Positions 26,341 through 37,203 of a stretch of DNA of 64,000 nucleotides are shown here, in pieces. Source of the stretch: a virus. The notes under the pieces were generated by a model, which was not told the DNA's origin, did not search any database, and saw only the letters and a program-made list of their open reading frames with translations. A program made the translations under genes and the position numbers. Numbering within the stretch: position 1 is the stretch's first letter; every line of letters starts with the position of its first letter. The stretch lies in IMG/VR virus record IMGVR_UViG_3300034111_001103, positions 64,001 to 128,000 of that record. One strand, given 5' to 3'.

Positions 26341-26614
26341 ACATGATAAATACAGCCTTAAACAAGGAATAAGATTCTTAAAAACCACTGTAACAAACAA
26401 TTATGATGAATTACCAGAGTATTTTAAAGATGAAGAAGTTAAAAATAGTTGGGATTTATATGAAGGTATACCTTTAAAACTGTATCAAATGACTCAATCT
26501 AAAGATGAAGAAACTTTAGAATTAGCTATAGAATTATTAAGAAAAGCTGATATTAAATTTACATATAGAAAAAACCATTTTGGACCAAATAAAATAGAAT
26601 TATGGAACAATTAA
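26312..26614 (+). CDS. hypothetical protein with SxDxE motif and IELW tail
   Basis: MTQSKDEETLELAIELL; ends IELWNN overlapping the next ATG. Confidence 0.7.
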   Translation: MTMEKQFIIKHDKYSLKQGIRFLKTTVTNNYDELPEYFKDEEVKNSWDLYEGIPLKLYQMTQSKDEETLELAIELLRKADIKFTYRKNHFGPNKIELWNN

Positions 26615-28974
26615 AAATTAAAAATGATACTACAAAGCTACAACAACTTTTAGGATCTAAATTATATTCAGATAAATATAGTTTTATATCAGAAGCTTTA
26701 CAAAATAGTACTGATGCTATGCGTAAAATAGGTAAACAAGAAGAAAACTTTGATATAGGTATAAAACAAGTAGATTCTGATTTTTATTTTTATATAAGAG
26801 ATTATGGTTGTAGTTTTGATAGTATAGAAGAATTTAAAAGATTAGTAGGTACTCTTTTAGAGTCTAGTAAGACTCAAAGTAAAGATAGTACTGAAAATCA
26901 AGAGCTAGGAAAGTATGGGATAGGATCCATTAGTTTTAGTGCATATCAAAAAAGCTGTAATTATATAGTATATAAAAATGGGAAAGGGTTTAAAGCTAGA
27001 CTAGAAGAAGTTGAAAACAAAGGTTTATTTATAAAATGTGAAGATTATTTTGAAAGTGATGAGCCTCAAGGAGTTTACTTTGAATTAATAATTGATAAAT
27101 ATGATTTAACTACATTTTATGACAAACTAATAGAAAAATCTAAATATTTTCAAAATATTAGATTCAAATTTGATTTAAGTTTTATTAATTCTCAAAAATA
27201 TATAAAAGAAGAATTATTAGAAATTAACGACAAATTTGCAATATATAAGTCAGATGACTTTCAATTTAGTACTTTAAATCAAGATAAATACTTACATATT
27301 TGTTTAGATCAATATAGTTATCCTATTAAATGGGAAGAATTAGGTATAGATAAAATTTCAATGCCTATAGCATTAAGATTTAACTTAAATGATTTTGAAA
27401 CTAATCCTACAAGAGAAGTAATTACTATAGAAAAAGATTATAAGGATAAAGTATTAAATAAAATTAAAAAAGTAGCTGATTGGTTTTACAATAAATATAA
27501 TGAAGAAAATCCTGTAAAAGAATGTACTAATATGTTTAATTTTAGAGATTCTATAGATAACTTAAGAGATGTTATAAAAATAGGAGAAAATACTTTTTAT
27601 ATTAATAACTTAAAAGCACATACTGATATTATTTTAAATAAACCTGTTTATAAAGAATATTCTTATACAGATATTAATAATTTTAGTAATTTTATGTCAC
27701 AAACCTGGAGTATGCATTATACTTTAAAATATAGTCTAAAGCATAATGTGTTGGCGAGAAATGGTTTTAGTAGATATTCAGAAAATAATAATATTTTTAT
27801 GGGTAAATCTTTAAAAAGAGTAGAACAAGAATATTATAAATCTTTAGGAGAACTTTTTAAATTTTATAATAAATCTGAAGTAATTTATCATAAATTATAT
27901 GAAGAAATTATAGATGAAGTTGGAAATATTACTTATAAATCAAGAATATGTTTTTTAAATTATGTAGGTAAATCTATGGAGAAATATCTTGAAGATGAGG
28001 TTTTAAAAGCATATGTAGATACTGAATATGATAAATTTATGAAACTAAAGGAAGAATTTGAAACTTTATGTTTTAAAAATATTGAAATTCCTAAAGAATT
28101 CTTAGATAAAGCTAAAGTTGTAAAAGAGTCTAAACCTAAAGTAGTTAAAAACAATGACCAAATAATACTTAAATATCCTAGAAAACCACAAAAATGGATT
28201 AGTTGGAATGCAATTTGGGAAGATACAGCTGTAAATATATTAGATTTAAGAAAATTACCTAAGTTACATATCTATGGTTTAGAAAGTCAAAGAAGAAAAC
28301 TAGAATTTATATTTACAAATCTTAAAAACAGAATTAACAATTTAGAACTTATAATGGTATCAGAAAAAACAAAGAAAATGATAGAACAAGAAAATCCACA
28401 TAATTTTATTTATATAGAAGATTTAAAATCTAGATTAGATTTAATGAGTAAATATGTAACAGCTAATTATATCAGAATTAATTTAGAAAAACATAAAGAA
28501 GTAGTAAATCATACTAATATTAAAATCATAAAAGAACATATTTCTACTAAAATAGGAGATGATTTGTTACATTTAATGAATTTTTTACAAAAATATAATA
28601 ATGAAAAGTTATTTGAATATCCTTCTGAAGATCAAGTACATTTCTTAGAAGAAATCTTCAATCTTTTTAAAGATAATCCTAAATTATATCATCAAGAATA
28701 TATTGATTTATTCAATAGATTAGATAAAAACTTAGAAAAATTAGATTTTGTTCCTTTATTTACTCAACAATTGTATTATTTAGATAGACAAGATATGAAA
28801 TTAGATTATACAAGAGCACAAATTGCTTTAAAAACTATGAGAGATTTATGTAAATATAAACAATTAAGGATGGATTGGGGATATTATGTATTAGATAAAG
28901 TACAAGAAGTTATTACTCCAGTAGAAGAAGAATTAAAAATTGATATTTTAGAAGAAACAGAAAATTTTGCATAA
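26602..28974 (+). CDS. rIIA-like protein with N-terminal Hsp90/GHKL ATPase domain
   Basis: LYSD..SEALQNSTDA, IRDYG, LGKYGIGS, NPTRE. Confidence 0.85.
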   Translation: MEQLKIKNDTTKLQQLLGSKLYSDKYSFISEALQNSTDAMRKIGKQEENFDIGIKQVDSDFYFYIRDYGCSFDSIEEFKRLVGTLLESSKTQSKDSTENQELGKYGIGSISFSAYQKSCNYIVYKNGKGFKARLEEVENKGLFIKCEDYFESDEPQGVYFELIIDKYDLTTFYDKLIEKSKYFQNIRFKFDLSFINSQKYIKEELLEINDKFAIYKSDDFQFSTLNQDKYLHICLDQYSYPIKWEELGIDKISMPIALRFNLNDFETNPTREVITIEKDYKDKVLNKIKKVADWFYNKYNEENPVKECTNMFNFRDSIDNLRDVIKIGENTFYINNLKAHTDIILNKPVYKEYSYTDINNFSNFMSQTWSMHYTLKYSLKHNVLARNGFSRYSENNNIFMGKSLKRVEQEYYKSLGELFKFYNKSEVIYHKLYEEIIDEVGNITYKSRICFLNYVGKSMEKYLEDEVLKAYVDTEYDKFMKLKEEFETLCFKNIEIPKEFLDKAKVVKESKPKVVKNNDQIILKYPRKPQKWISWNAIWEDTAVNILDLRKLPKLHIYGLESQRRKLEFIFTNLKNRINNLELIMVSEKTKKMIEQENPHNFIYIEDLKSRLDLMSKYVTANYIRINLEKHKEVVNHTNIKIIKEHISTKIGDDLLHLMNFLQKYNNEKLFEYPSEDQVHFLEEIFNLFKDNPKLYHQEYIDLFNRLDKNLEKLDFVPLFTQQLYYLDRQDMKLDYTRAQIALKTMRDLCKYKQLRMDWGYYVLDKVQEVITPVEEELKIDILEETENFA

Positions 28975-29249
28975 TGTTAGAAGAAAAAGAAGAAAAAGAA
29001 CCTATAAAAAATGAATTATTGGAGCAATTGATTAATTCTGAAATAGAAGAAAATAAAGAATTTGGGAGTCTACTTTTGAATTCTGAAAATATTCCTCAAG
29101 AAGAAAGAGAAGTCTATATAAATCAATTGCTTAAAAAATTCTTAAGTAGTAATAACTTAAATATATCTATACAAGTATTAGAAAATGTTATAAATGCAAG
29201 AAATAATTTAAACATTAATTATGCTAAAAACAAAATAAAGAAAATATGA
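28974..29249 (+). CDS. hypothetical protein (SxDxE-like motif)
   Basis: LINSEIEENKEFGSLLL. Confidence 0.65.
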   Translation: MLEEKEEKEPIKNELLEQLINSEIEENKEFGSLLLNSENIPQEEREVYINQLLKKFLSSNNLNISIQVLENVINARNNLNINYAKNKIKKI

Positions 29250-29887
29250 TAAAACAATATAAACCAGGAGATACTTTACTAAAAGTTGATTATGATAATA
29301 TAAAAAATAAACTAAACAATCTTCCAAAAAGTTCTACTTTAGAAGAAGGAAAAACTGTATATTTTAATAAAGCTGTACAAACTTCTAGAACAGAATTTAA
29401 AAAACAATATCCTACTAATAAAATAGTACATGATCTTTCAAAAGCTAATTATTATATAACTAATAGTTTACCTTATATAACTTATTATTTTGAAAATGGT
29501 TTACAAGTAGTTGCAACTCTTATAATATCTAATGATAGTTGGAGATCAAAAGAATCTTTAAATAATCTTAATTTAGCATGTATTTTAGCTAATACGCCAG
29601 AACTCAAATTTATTTTTCCAGAAAATATTAAATTTAAATCTTCTAATACTGATTTACCTGAAGAAATGATTGAAAGAATAACATTAATGTTAAAATCTTC
29701 AGATCAAGAAACATTTAATTTAGGTTGGACTATATTATGGGAATATGATCATAGTTTAAATAGAGATAAATTTTTAGTTATTTTAGCTAATTCTCATCCT
29801 ATGTCTTATTATAGGAGAAAAAAGTCTAGAATTATAGAACAAAAATTAAAAATATTAAAAACATTTTATCCAAATAAAAACTTTTAA
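29246..29887 (+). CDS. hypothetical protein with SxDxE motif
   Basis: MLKSSDQETFNLGWTIL. Confidence 0.75.
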   Translation: MIKQYKPGDTLLKVDYDNIKNKLNNLPKSSTLEEGKTVYFNKAVQTSRTEFKKQYPTNKIVHDLSKANYYITNSLPYITYYFENGLQVVATLIISNDSWRSKESLNNLNLACILANTPELKFIFPENIKFKSSNTDLPEEMIERITLMLKSSDQETFNLGWTILWEYDHSLNRDKFLVILANSHPMSYYRRKKSRIIEQKLKILKTFYPNKNF

Positions 29888-29897
29888 ATAAAAAAAT

Positions 29898-31094
29898 ATG
29901 ATAAATACAGAATTAAAACCTTCAGAAGTAGTAGAATTATTAAAATATGTAATTCCTCAAAACATAAAATTAGCAGAAAAAGGACATCATCCAGTTGCTT
30001 ATAATATAATAGGAGAACCTGGTATTTCTAAATCAGCTGTAGTAGATCAAACAGCTAGAGAATTAAACACTCATCATTATATATCATTAAATCTTTCAAT
30101 GGCTGAAGTAGGTGATTTAATTGGATTTCCTATAACACAATACAAAGTTTGTAAAAATGAAGAATGTTTGTGGATAGGAGATAAATTATTAAATGATTAT
30201 ATTTTACAAGGTTATCATGCTAATGGAGAAAGTAGAATGAGTTATGCTAAACCTGAATGGTTAGTTGGAAAAGAAGATAAACCTGTAATATTAAATTTAG
30301 ATGATTTTTCCAGATGCTCTCCTATGATGATGAATGCTTGTATGCAATTAATTGTAGCTCAAGAAACAATTTCTTGGACATTACCAAAAGGTAGTACTGT
30401 AATTTGTACTTCTAATCCTGATGATGGGGATGAAAGTTTTTCAGTTACAACAATGGATGAAGCTCAAAAAACTCGCTATATCCCTATAAGAATGAAAGCT
30501 AGTGTAGAAGATTGGGCATTAAACTTTGCAGAAAAAGCTGAAATAGGAAGTCCTTTTATAAATTTTCTTTTAAAAAATCCTGAAATAATAGAAGGGTCTA
30601 ATGTAGATGCTGATGGTAATCATTGTAAAAAAGGAAATTTAAGAATTTGGACTAAATTTTTCCAAGCTTCAGAAGGATTATGTAATAATTTATCTGATAA
30701 TTGGAAGATAGTCTTTAATTTAGGACAAAATGCTGTTCCTCAAGAACATCTATTAATGTTAAATAAGTTCATAGAAGATAAATTAGACAAATTATCTACT
30801 CCAGAACAATTATTAAAGATGAAACCAGAAGATGCTTTAAAAGACTTAAAAACTTGTATTGGTGAAGGTTCTAAGAAAAGAATAGATATTTCTTCCATAA
30901 TGAGTAGAAGAGTTATGAATTATGTGTTAGTAAACCATAAAAATTTCACTAAAGATATGATAAATAATTATGCTGAAATTATGGAATCTGAATATATGAG
31001 TCCTGATCTTGTTTTACTTTCAGTTAAGAAAACTACTAAGTTATTTCCAGAGTTGATCAAGCGAGAAAAATTAATTAAAATATTAACTACTTAA
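29898..31094 (+). CDS. MoxR-like AAA+ ATPase
   Basis: GEPGISKS, EVGDLIGFP, LNLDDFSR, TSNP, MDEAQKTR. Confidence 0.88.
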   Translation: MINTELKPSEVVELLKYVIPQNIKLAEKGHHPVAYNIIGEPGISKSAVVDQTARELNTHHYISLNLSMAEVGDLIGFPITQYKVCKNEECLWIGDKLLNDYILQGYHANGESRMSYAKPEWLVGKEDKPVILNLDDFSRCSPMMMNACMQLIVAQETISWTLPKGSTVICTSNPDDGDESFSVTTMDEAQKTRYIPIRMKASVEDWALNFAEKAEIGSPFINFLLKNPEIIEGSNVDADGNHCKKGNLRIWTKFFQASEGLCNNLSDNWKIVFNLGQNAVPQEHLLMLNKFIEDKLDKLSTPEQLLKMKPEDALKDLKTCIGEGSKKRIDISSIMSRRVMNYVLVNHKNFTKDMINNYAEIMESEYMSPDLVLLSVKKTTKLFPELIKREKLIKILTT

Positions 31095-31107
31095 TAATAA
31101 TAATAAT

Positions 31108-31145
31108 AAAAGTGGTATATTTGTAAAAGAGTATACCACTTTTTA
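31108..31145 (+). terminator. hairpin terminator overlapping a TATATTTG -7 box
   Basis: AAAGTGGTATA...TATACCACTTT followed by T-run. Confidence 0.55.
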
Positions 31146-31157
31146 AATTTTATAATT

Positions 31158-31451
31158 ATGATAGAAGAAAAATGGGCACAAGAATTTCAATATTTATATT
31201 CAGATGATACAGAAATAGTTTGTTTATATTTAAATATAATTTATGAAAAATATGGTAAAGATGTTTTAATAGACTATTTTAAAGCAAAAGAAGATATGGA
31301 TAGGTTATTTTATGCTTATGGTGATCCTACAACTAATACTTTAATAGCAATATCAACAAATTTTAAACCTACTTTTTATTTTTTATTTGAAAATAATAGA
31401 TTTATTTCTAGATCTGAACAATTGAAAAATAATAAAAATCTTATAATATGA
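31158..31451 (+). CDS. SxDxE-family small protein
   Basis: YLYSDDTEIVCLYLNIIYEKYG. Confidence 0.75.
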   Translation: MIEEKWAQEFQYLYSDDTEIVCLYLNIIYEKYGKDVLIDYFKAKEDMDRLFYAYGDPTTNTLIAISTNFKPTFYFLFENNRFISRSEQLKNNKNLII

Positions 31452-31696
31452 CATTAAAAAAAGCATTAGAAGGGGATGATTTAGATATTATAAATCTTTA
31501 TTTACAAATAGTATATCAAAATGAAGGTTTAGGAGCTGTTACTAAAGCTTTTGAAGGAACAAAAAAGTATTCATTTTATGAGTTAAATGGTATACTTACT
31601 TTATTAAGATGTAATGCTTTTTATGAAAATATGTGGTTAAAAGATCCAACTAAATCCATTTTAATAGAACTTAATAATAATGATGACAATGATTAA
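31448..31696 (+). CDS. SxDxE-family small protein
   Basis: ALEGDDLDIINLYLQIVYQNEG. Confidence 0.75.
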   Translation: MTLKKALEGDDLDIINLYLQIVYQNEGLGAVTKAFEGTKKYSFYELNGILTLLRCNAFYENMWLKDPTKSILIELNNNDDND

Positions 31697-31946
31697 AGAA
31701 TTACAAAATCTATTTAAATTTGTAAAATCTAAAGATAGAGAAATATCAGAATTATATTTAAAATTAGTATTAGATAAGTATAAAATTGATATAGTTGAAG
31801 ATTATGTTTTTAGATATGAACCTAATATTATAATAACAAACCATTTAATACCTCAAGTAAAATCTATTACTATAAGATTATTTGCTACCCCAAATTATTA
31901 TTATGAATATGATACGAAGATAAAAGAATTTTTAAATTCTCGTTAA
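31680..31946 (+). CDS. SxDxE-family small protein
   Basis: FVKSKDREISELYLKLVLDKY. Confidence 0.75.
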   Translation: MMTMIKELQNLFKFVKSKDREISELYLKLVLDKYKIDIVEDYVFRYEPNIIITNHLIPQVKSITIRLFATPNYYYEYDTKIKEFLNSR

Positions 31947-31959
31947 ACCCTTTAAAGAA

Positions 31960-32250
31960 ATGAAAAAAGAAGATTACTTAGAAAGTGATGATATAGAAAT
32001 AGCTACTTTATATGCTAATATTATATATCAAGAAAAAGGGTTAATAAATTTACAAAAACTATTACATGATAAAAATAAATATATAGTGAATGTTGAAAAA
32101 CTTAATATTACTGGTAAAGTAAAATTAGTTGTAATATGGCAAAATATAGTAAGTAAAATAATAATAGACCAAACTGAAAAACAACTAAAATATACTACTA
32201 AAGAATTTAATGATTTAATATTAAAAACAATAATTAAAAATGGAATATAA
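31960..32250 (+). CDS. SxDxE-family small protein
   Basis: YLESDDIEIATLYANIIYQEKG. Confidence 0.75.
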   Translation: MKKEDYLESDDIEIATLYANIIYQEKGLINLQKLLHDKNKYIVNVEKLNITGKVKLVVIWQNIVSKIIIDQTEKQLKYTTKEFNDLILKTIIKNGI

Positions 32251-34888
32251 AAAACAAGAAAAAGAATTACAAAATATAATATTTACTATTATAAATAATT
32301 CTAAATTAGTATTTTTTGGATTATTTTTAACTGAAGTTGGTAAGTTTTTTGATAAAAGAATACAAACAGCATGTTTAGCCAAACATCCAAATGCTAAAAT
32401 ACCTGTAATGTTATTTAATCCTGATTTTTGGGATACATTAACTGAAAAACAAAGAATATTCTTAGTTTTACATGAAACAGACCACTTAATTTCTCAGGCT
32501 TTCTTATTCTGTAAAGAATTTGGATTAGAACATCCTTTAGATAATATAGCTTTAGATCTTACTATCAATTCTAGATTAGTAAACAATTATCAAAATGAAT
32601 TAGAATTTATAGAAGGAGGAATGCTACCTAAGATTTTTCCTGAATTAAAGTTAGAAGAAGAAAAAGATAGTCTTTATTATTATAATAAGCTTAAAGAAGC
32701 TAAAGACAATAAGCAAAAATCTAAAGAGAAAGGAGAAGATAGTCAAGCAGGTGAACCTGGCAATGGTAATGGTACTTCTGGAGATAAAAACTTAGATGAT
32801 TTGTTAGATAATCAAGAAAAAATAGATAATCACTCCCAATGGTCAGAGCTTACAGAAGGTATGTCAGACCTAGAAAAAGAAGTTCTTAAAAGAGATATTA
32901 TGAGTAGATTAGATAAAATATCTGAAGAAGTAACTAAGCAAAATGGTACTATACCAAAACATTTAAAAGGACAACTAAACAAAATAACTAAAATAAAAGA
33001 AGTAGTTAATTGGAAATCTTTATTTAGAAAGTTTATTGGTTCTACTATATCTTCTGAAATACTATCAAATAGAAAAAGACCTAGTAAAAGATTTGAAGAA
33101 AATCCTTCTACTAAACATAAATTTAAAGTAAGAGGTGTATTTTTATCTGATTAAAAATTGGCATGGTTTTTGTGTTTTATATGTGGAACTATTTCTCATT
33201 AAGACTAACAAAAATTAAAAATGATTAAAAAAAAAATATGGACAAAAGAAGAAGAAGAACTTCTTAAAAAATTGATAATTGATAAAAAAACAACTGTTAA
33301 ACAATTAGAAAGTATTTTTAGCACTTTAAAATCAAACATTTATAGTAAAATAAAAAGATTAAATTTATCTTTTACAGATTATTCTTTATTAAAAAATAAA
33401 AATTATCTTATAAAAGATGATATTATAACTGATTATAAAAATGGTTTAAATTGCTATCAAATAGCTAAAAAATACAAGACAACAAACACTTCTGTTGCAA
33501 AAATATTAAAATTAAATAATATTAAAATCATACCTTATCATTTAAAAAGTGCTAAAAAATATGATTTTAATGAAAACTATTTTGATTTAATAGACACAAA
33601 AGAAAAAGCTTATTGGCTTGGATTAATATATGCTGACGGAAATATATCAAAAAATTCTTTAAGAATATCTTTAAAAATATCAGATATTGATATTTTAAAA
33701 AAATTTAAAGATTGTATAGAATACACAGGAGATATAAAAATAAGTCGGAAAAAAGATAACATTATTTATGGTAAAAATTGCAATTTTGAAGATACTGCAA
33801 CTATAAATATTTACTCAAAGCATATTTTTAATACAATACAAAAGTGGGGAGTTGTTCCTAACAAAACACATTTATTAACTTTTCCAAGTTTTTTAAAAAA
33901 AGAATTAATTAAAAGTTTTATGTTAGGATATTTTGATGGAGATGGTGGAGTGAGTTTAACAAAAAGAACAGGTGAAATTAACATTAGTATTATAGGAACG
34001 GAAATATTTATTTTAGAATATCAAAACATATTAATAAAAGAGTTAGATTTTAAAAAAACTAAACTATATGAAAGATATCCTGAAAGAAATACAAATACTA
34101 GAAATTTTAATTACGGTGGAAATAAACAATTATCAAGATTTATAGAATGGTTATATAAAGATGAACCATTATTTTTGTCCAGAAAATACAATAAATTAAT
34201 CAACAATGTCAAGAGTCCTGTAAAAAAGTAATTTTTTATAAGTATGTAGTGAATTGACTGGAAACCCCTTAGAGCTTTGTACACTCTCACAAACAGTAAT
34301 GTTTTGTGTATAGTAAAAGAGACAAAGATTGGGCAATCAGCAGCCAAGTATCCTAATTAAAGGATAAAGGTTCAACGACTATTCCAGTGATGGAAGTACA
34401 CTCAAGTGAGTGGAAGTGCTACACACCCTTATGAAAGGGTGATGATATAGTCTAATCTTATAGGAAACTATAAGCAGTTTAATAAACGAATATAAATTAA
34501 CGACTTATATTGAATACAAATGTCAAGTGGTTCAGTTAGTAATCAAGATTTAGAAAGATGTAATGCTGAATTATATAATGTTTGGAAAGCTGGAGGAAAT
34601 ATAGATTATGCTAGTTGGGATGCAGAAGTAGAACCTACTAAAAAATATGATGGTAAATTAGAAATTACAAGAACTAAATGTGGTGGCACAGATTTAAATT
34701 GTGCTTTAATAGAGACAAACAACAATTATAGACAAAAAGGTTGGAATTTTGCTATTATAACAACTGATGGATATATACCTGCTATTACTGTAAAAACTAA
34801 AATTCCTACTATGATTATTATAACTGAAGGAGGTTCCACAAGTTTTAATAATCCTTATAATTATAAAATAGTTAAAATTAATAAATAA
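32240..34888 (+). CDS. metallopeptidase-like + VWA protein (DUF2201 type), spliced: exon 1 32240-33151, exon 2 34523-34888
   Basis: HETDH, NIALDLTIN; splicing gives FLSD|SSGS (MIDAS DxSxS), then GGTD and TDGY. Confidence 0.88.
33152..34522 (+). mobile_element. group I intron with LAGLIDADG ORF
   Basis: Exon 1 ends in T and intron ends in G; core GAATTGACTGGAAA, AATCAGCAGCCAAG, TTCAACGACTA, GATATAGTCTA at about 34245-34460. Confidence 0.88.
33221..34231 (+). CDS. LAGLIDADG homing endonuclease with N-terminal HTH
   Basis: AYWLGLIYADGN and FMLGYFDGDGGV motifs. Confidence 0.9.
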   Translation: MIKKKIWTKEEEELLKKLIIDKKTTVKQLESIFSTLKSNIYSKIKRLNLSFTDYSLLKNKNYLIKDDIITDYKNGLNCYQIAKKYKTTNTSVAKILKLNNIKIIPYHLKSAKKYDFNENYFDLIDTKEKAYWLGLIYADGNISKNSLRISLKISDIDILKKFKDCIEYTGDIKISRKKDNIIYGKNCNFEDTATINIYSKHIFNTIQKWGVVPNKTHLLTFPSFLKKELIKSFMLGYFDGDGGVSLTKRTGEINISIIGTEIFILEYQNILIKELDFKKTKLYERYPERNTNTRNFNYGGNKQLSRFIEWLYKDEPLFLSRKYNKLINNVKSPVKK

Positions 34889-35205
34889 TGGAAAGAAGTA
34901 ACACATTTTATAGAAAAATAGGAAGGAAATATGTAGAAACGATAGATTGTACTAATCTTGGAGAAGGATTATGGTTAATTACAAATAAACCTTCTAGTAA
35001 AGAAACAAATAACATACTTTATGCTGTAAAGACTCATGATATACAAAATGTAGGTAAATTTGCTGATTTTTATAATGCACATAAAGATAAATTACAAGAT
35101 TTAATAAAAGTAGAATATGATAAATTTTTTAATACTGACAAATCATTTAGTATTTCAGACCTGGTAAATTGTATTATTTCAGCTTTAAGTAAAGTAAAAG
35201 ATTAA
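34888..35205 (+). CDS. hypothetical protein
   Basis: YRKIGRKYV..GLWL. Confidence 0.7.
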   Translation: MERSNTFYRKIGRKYVETIDCTNLGEGLWLITNKPSSKETNNILYAVKTHDIQNVGKFADFYNAHKDKLQDLIKVEYDKFFNTDKSFSISDLVNCIISALSKVKD

Positions 35206-35391
35206 AAATATGAAAAAAATAATAATTTTAGATTTCAGTACAACAGAAGTACATGTATTTCCTTATGATGAAAATGTATGGGACAATGCAGAAGATTTTT
35301 TTGATAGTGATTATTGTATAGAAAAAGGAATAAAAGAAACAAATTGTCAATACATGGTTGTAGAGGATTTAAATATACAAATACATTAAAT

Positions 35392-35907
35392 ATGATAACA
35401 CTTAATTATGATGATTGGTTTGAAAAGTATAAACCAATTAAAAATACAATAACAAAGAATTCCTCTTATGGTGGGACTATGTTTGAAACTTTTGGAGATG
35501 ATTTAGATTTTATTAAATCTCAACTTAATAATCAAATTTGGACATTATTATCTGTAGAAGATGAAGAATTTTGGATTATTCCAGGTTTTCATTGGGTTAA
35601 TAGAATGGGGTGTTTTGTTACAGAAATACCTTGGGAATTAAAAAACATACAAGTAAATGATAATGAAATGTGTACTATTGAAGAAGCTATTGAACATTGT
35701 ATAGTATTTGCAAGTAAAGAATTTGGTATAGAATTAAATTGGAATGATGTAAATAAACATTTTCAAAAAAACTTAGATATTACATTTAACAATGAAATGA
35801 CTATAGGTAGAGCTAAATATACTGCAATAGCTTATTATGAAGATAGTTTAAACAAAGAAATGAAAGAATTTGAAGATAAAATACATGATTATTACTCACA
35901 ATTATGA
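35392..35907 (+). CDS. hypothetical phage protein
   Basis: Likely start MITLNY; FETFG..IWT..GFHWVNRMG..TE.PW. Confidence 0.75.
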   Translation: MITLNYDDWFEKYKPIKNTITKNSSYGGTMFETFGDDLDFIKSQLNNQIWTLLSVEDEEFWIIPGFHWVNRMGCFVTEIPWELKNIQVNDNEMCTIEEAIEHCIVFASKEFGIELNWNDVNKHFQKNLDITFNNEMTIGRAKYTAIAYYEDSLNKEMKEFEDKIHDYYSQL

Positions 35908-36992
35908 TGACTAAAAAAGATATAGTACAACAAGATATTAAAAAAACTATTATAGCTAATAACTTTAAAGGTATTGTGTTGGCAAGTATGAGGGTAGGAA
36001 AATGTAGAGTAATTTTAGAATCTATTAAAAAATTAGATATTGAAAATCCTAAAGTATTAATATTATATCCTTTTGTAGATATAAAAATCTCTTGGGAAGA
36101 TGAATGTAAAATTTTAAATTATTATCCTAATATTACTTATAGTACATTTATATCTATAGAAAAAGTAAAAGATTTAGATTTTGACATTATAATAGCAGAT
36201 GAGGCTCACAATCTTGTTGTAGAAACTCAATTACCTATTGTAAATCAATTGGTTAATAAAACTAAACACATTCTTTTAATTTCAGGTACTTATAACACAG
36301 AAACCTTAAATACATTAAAATTTAACACAGGATTAGATTTAATAGTTAATTATTCTACAGAACAAGCTATAAAAGATGAATTAATAATTGATTATCAAAT
36401 ATTTATACATCAATATGATTTAGATGCTACTACTATAAAAGAATTTGGTAAAAGTAAGAAATGGAAATCTACTGATTATAGAGAGTTAAAAAGATTAACA
36501 AATAAAATAGCTACTTCTCAATTTGAAAAAGAAAAGTTTTTTCATACTTTAAATAGGATGAGATTTATTAATTCTTGTGATTCTTTAGTAAATTGTGTAA
36601 ATAATTGGATTAAAAACAATCAAGATAAAAGATTTCTTTTGTTTACTGGAGATGAAAATGTAGGAAAAAGATATAATTTACCTATGTTTAATTCTAAATC
36701 TAAGGATAATAGTGTGTTAGAAGATTTTCAAAATGAAACTATAAATCAATTATGTCTTATAAGAAAAGGAAGTATAGGTAAAACATATAGAAACCTTAGA
36801 ATAATTCTTTTAACAGCTATTAATAGTAATGGAGAAAACCTTCAACAGCAAATTGGAAGATCACTTTTAGATGATACTGAAGATGCAGAAATACATATTT
36901 TTGTATCTTCAGAACCTTTTCAGCAAAAGTGGTTAATGTCAAGTTTGCAAAACATTCCTAAAAATAAAATAAAATATATAAATGAACAATAA
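35904..36992 (+). CDS. superfamily 2 (DEAH) helicase
   Basis: RVGK, IADEAH, SGT, QQIGR. Confidence 0.85.
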   Translation: MMTKKDIVQQDIKKTIIANNFKGIVLASMRVGKCRVILESIKKLDIENPKVLILYPFVDIKISWEDECKILNYYPNITYSTFISIEKVKDLDFDIIIADEAHNLVVETQLPIVNQLVNKTKHILLISGTYNTETLNTLKFNTGLDLIVNYSTEQAIKDELIIDYQIFIHQYDLDATTIKEFGKSKKWKSTDYRELKRLTNKIATSQFEKEKFFHTLNRMRFINSCDSLVNCVNNWIKNNQDKRFLLFTGDENVGKRYNLPMFNSKSKDNSVLEDFQNETINQLCLIRKGSIGKTYRNLRIILLTAINSNGENLQQQIGRSLLDDTEDAEIHIFVSSEPFQQKWLMSSLQNIPKNKIKYINEQ

Positions 36993-37203
36993 AATAATAT
37001 TAATAGAAAGTCAACCTTCATTAACTATAAACTATTATCCTGGAAGTATAACATTAGAAGGTAAAGATTTTTACTTTGAAGTAAGAGAAGAAAGTGATGG
37101 ATTAGGATTTTTTGAAATTGTAGTTGTTTGGGCAGATCAAAAACCTATAAATTCTACAGAAATAGAAAGTGAAATAATAGAAATATTTACAAAAGGAAGA
37201 TAA
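36982..37203 (+). CDS. hypothetical protein
   Basis: ORF track. Confidence 0.6.
   Translation: MNNKIILIESQPSLTINYYPGSITLEGKDFYFEVREESDGLGFFEIVVVWADQKPINSTEIESEIIEIFTKGR

Noticed and set aside
34520-34888. Independent 122-aa gene
   Set aside because: It is exon 2 of the VWA gene; its ATG includes the intron's terminal G
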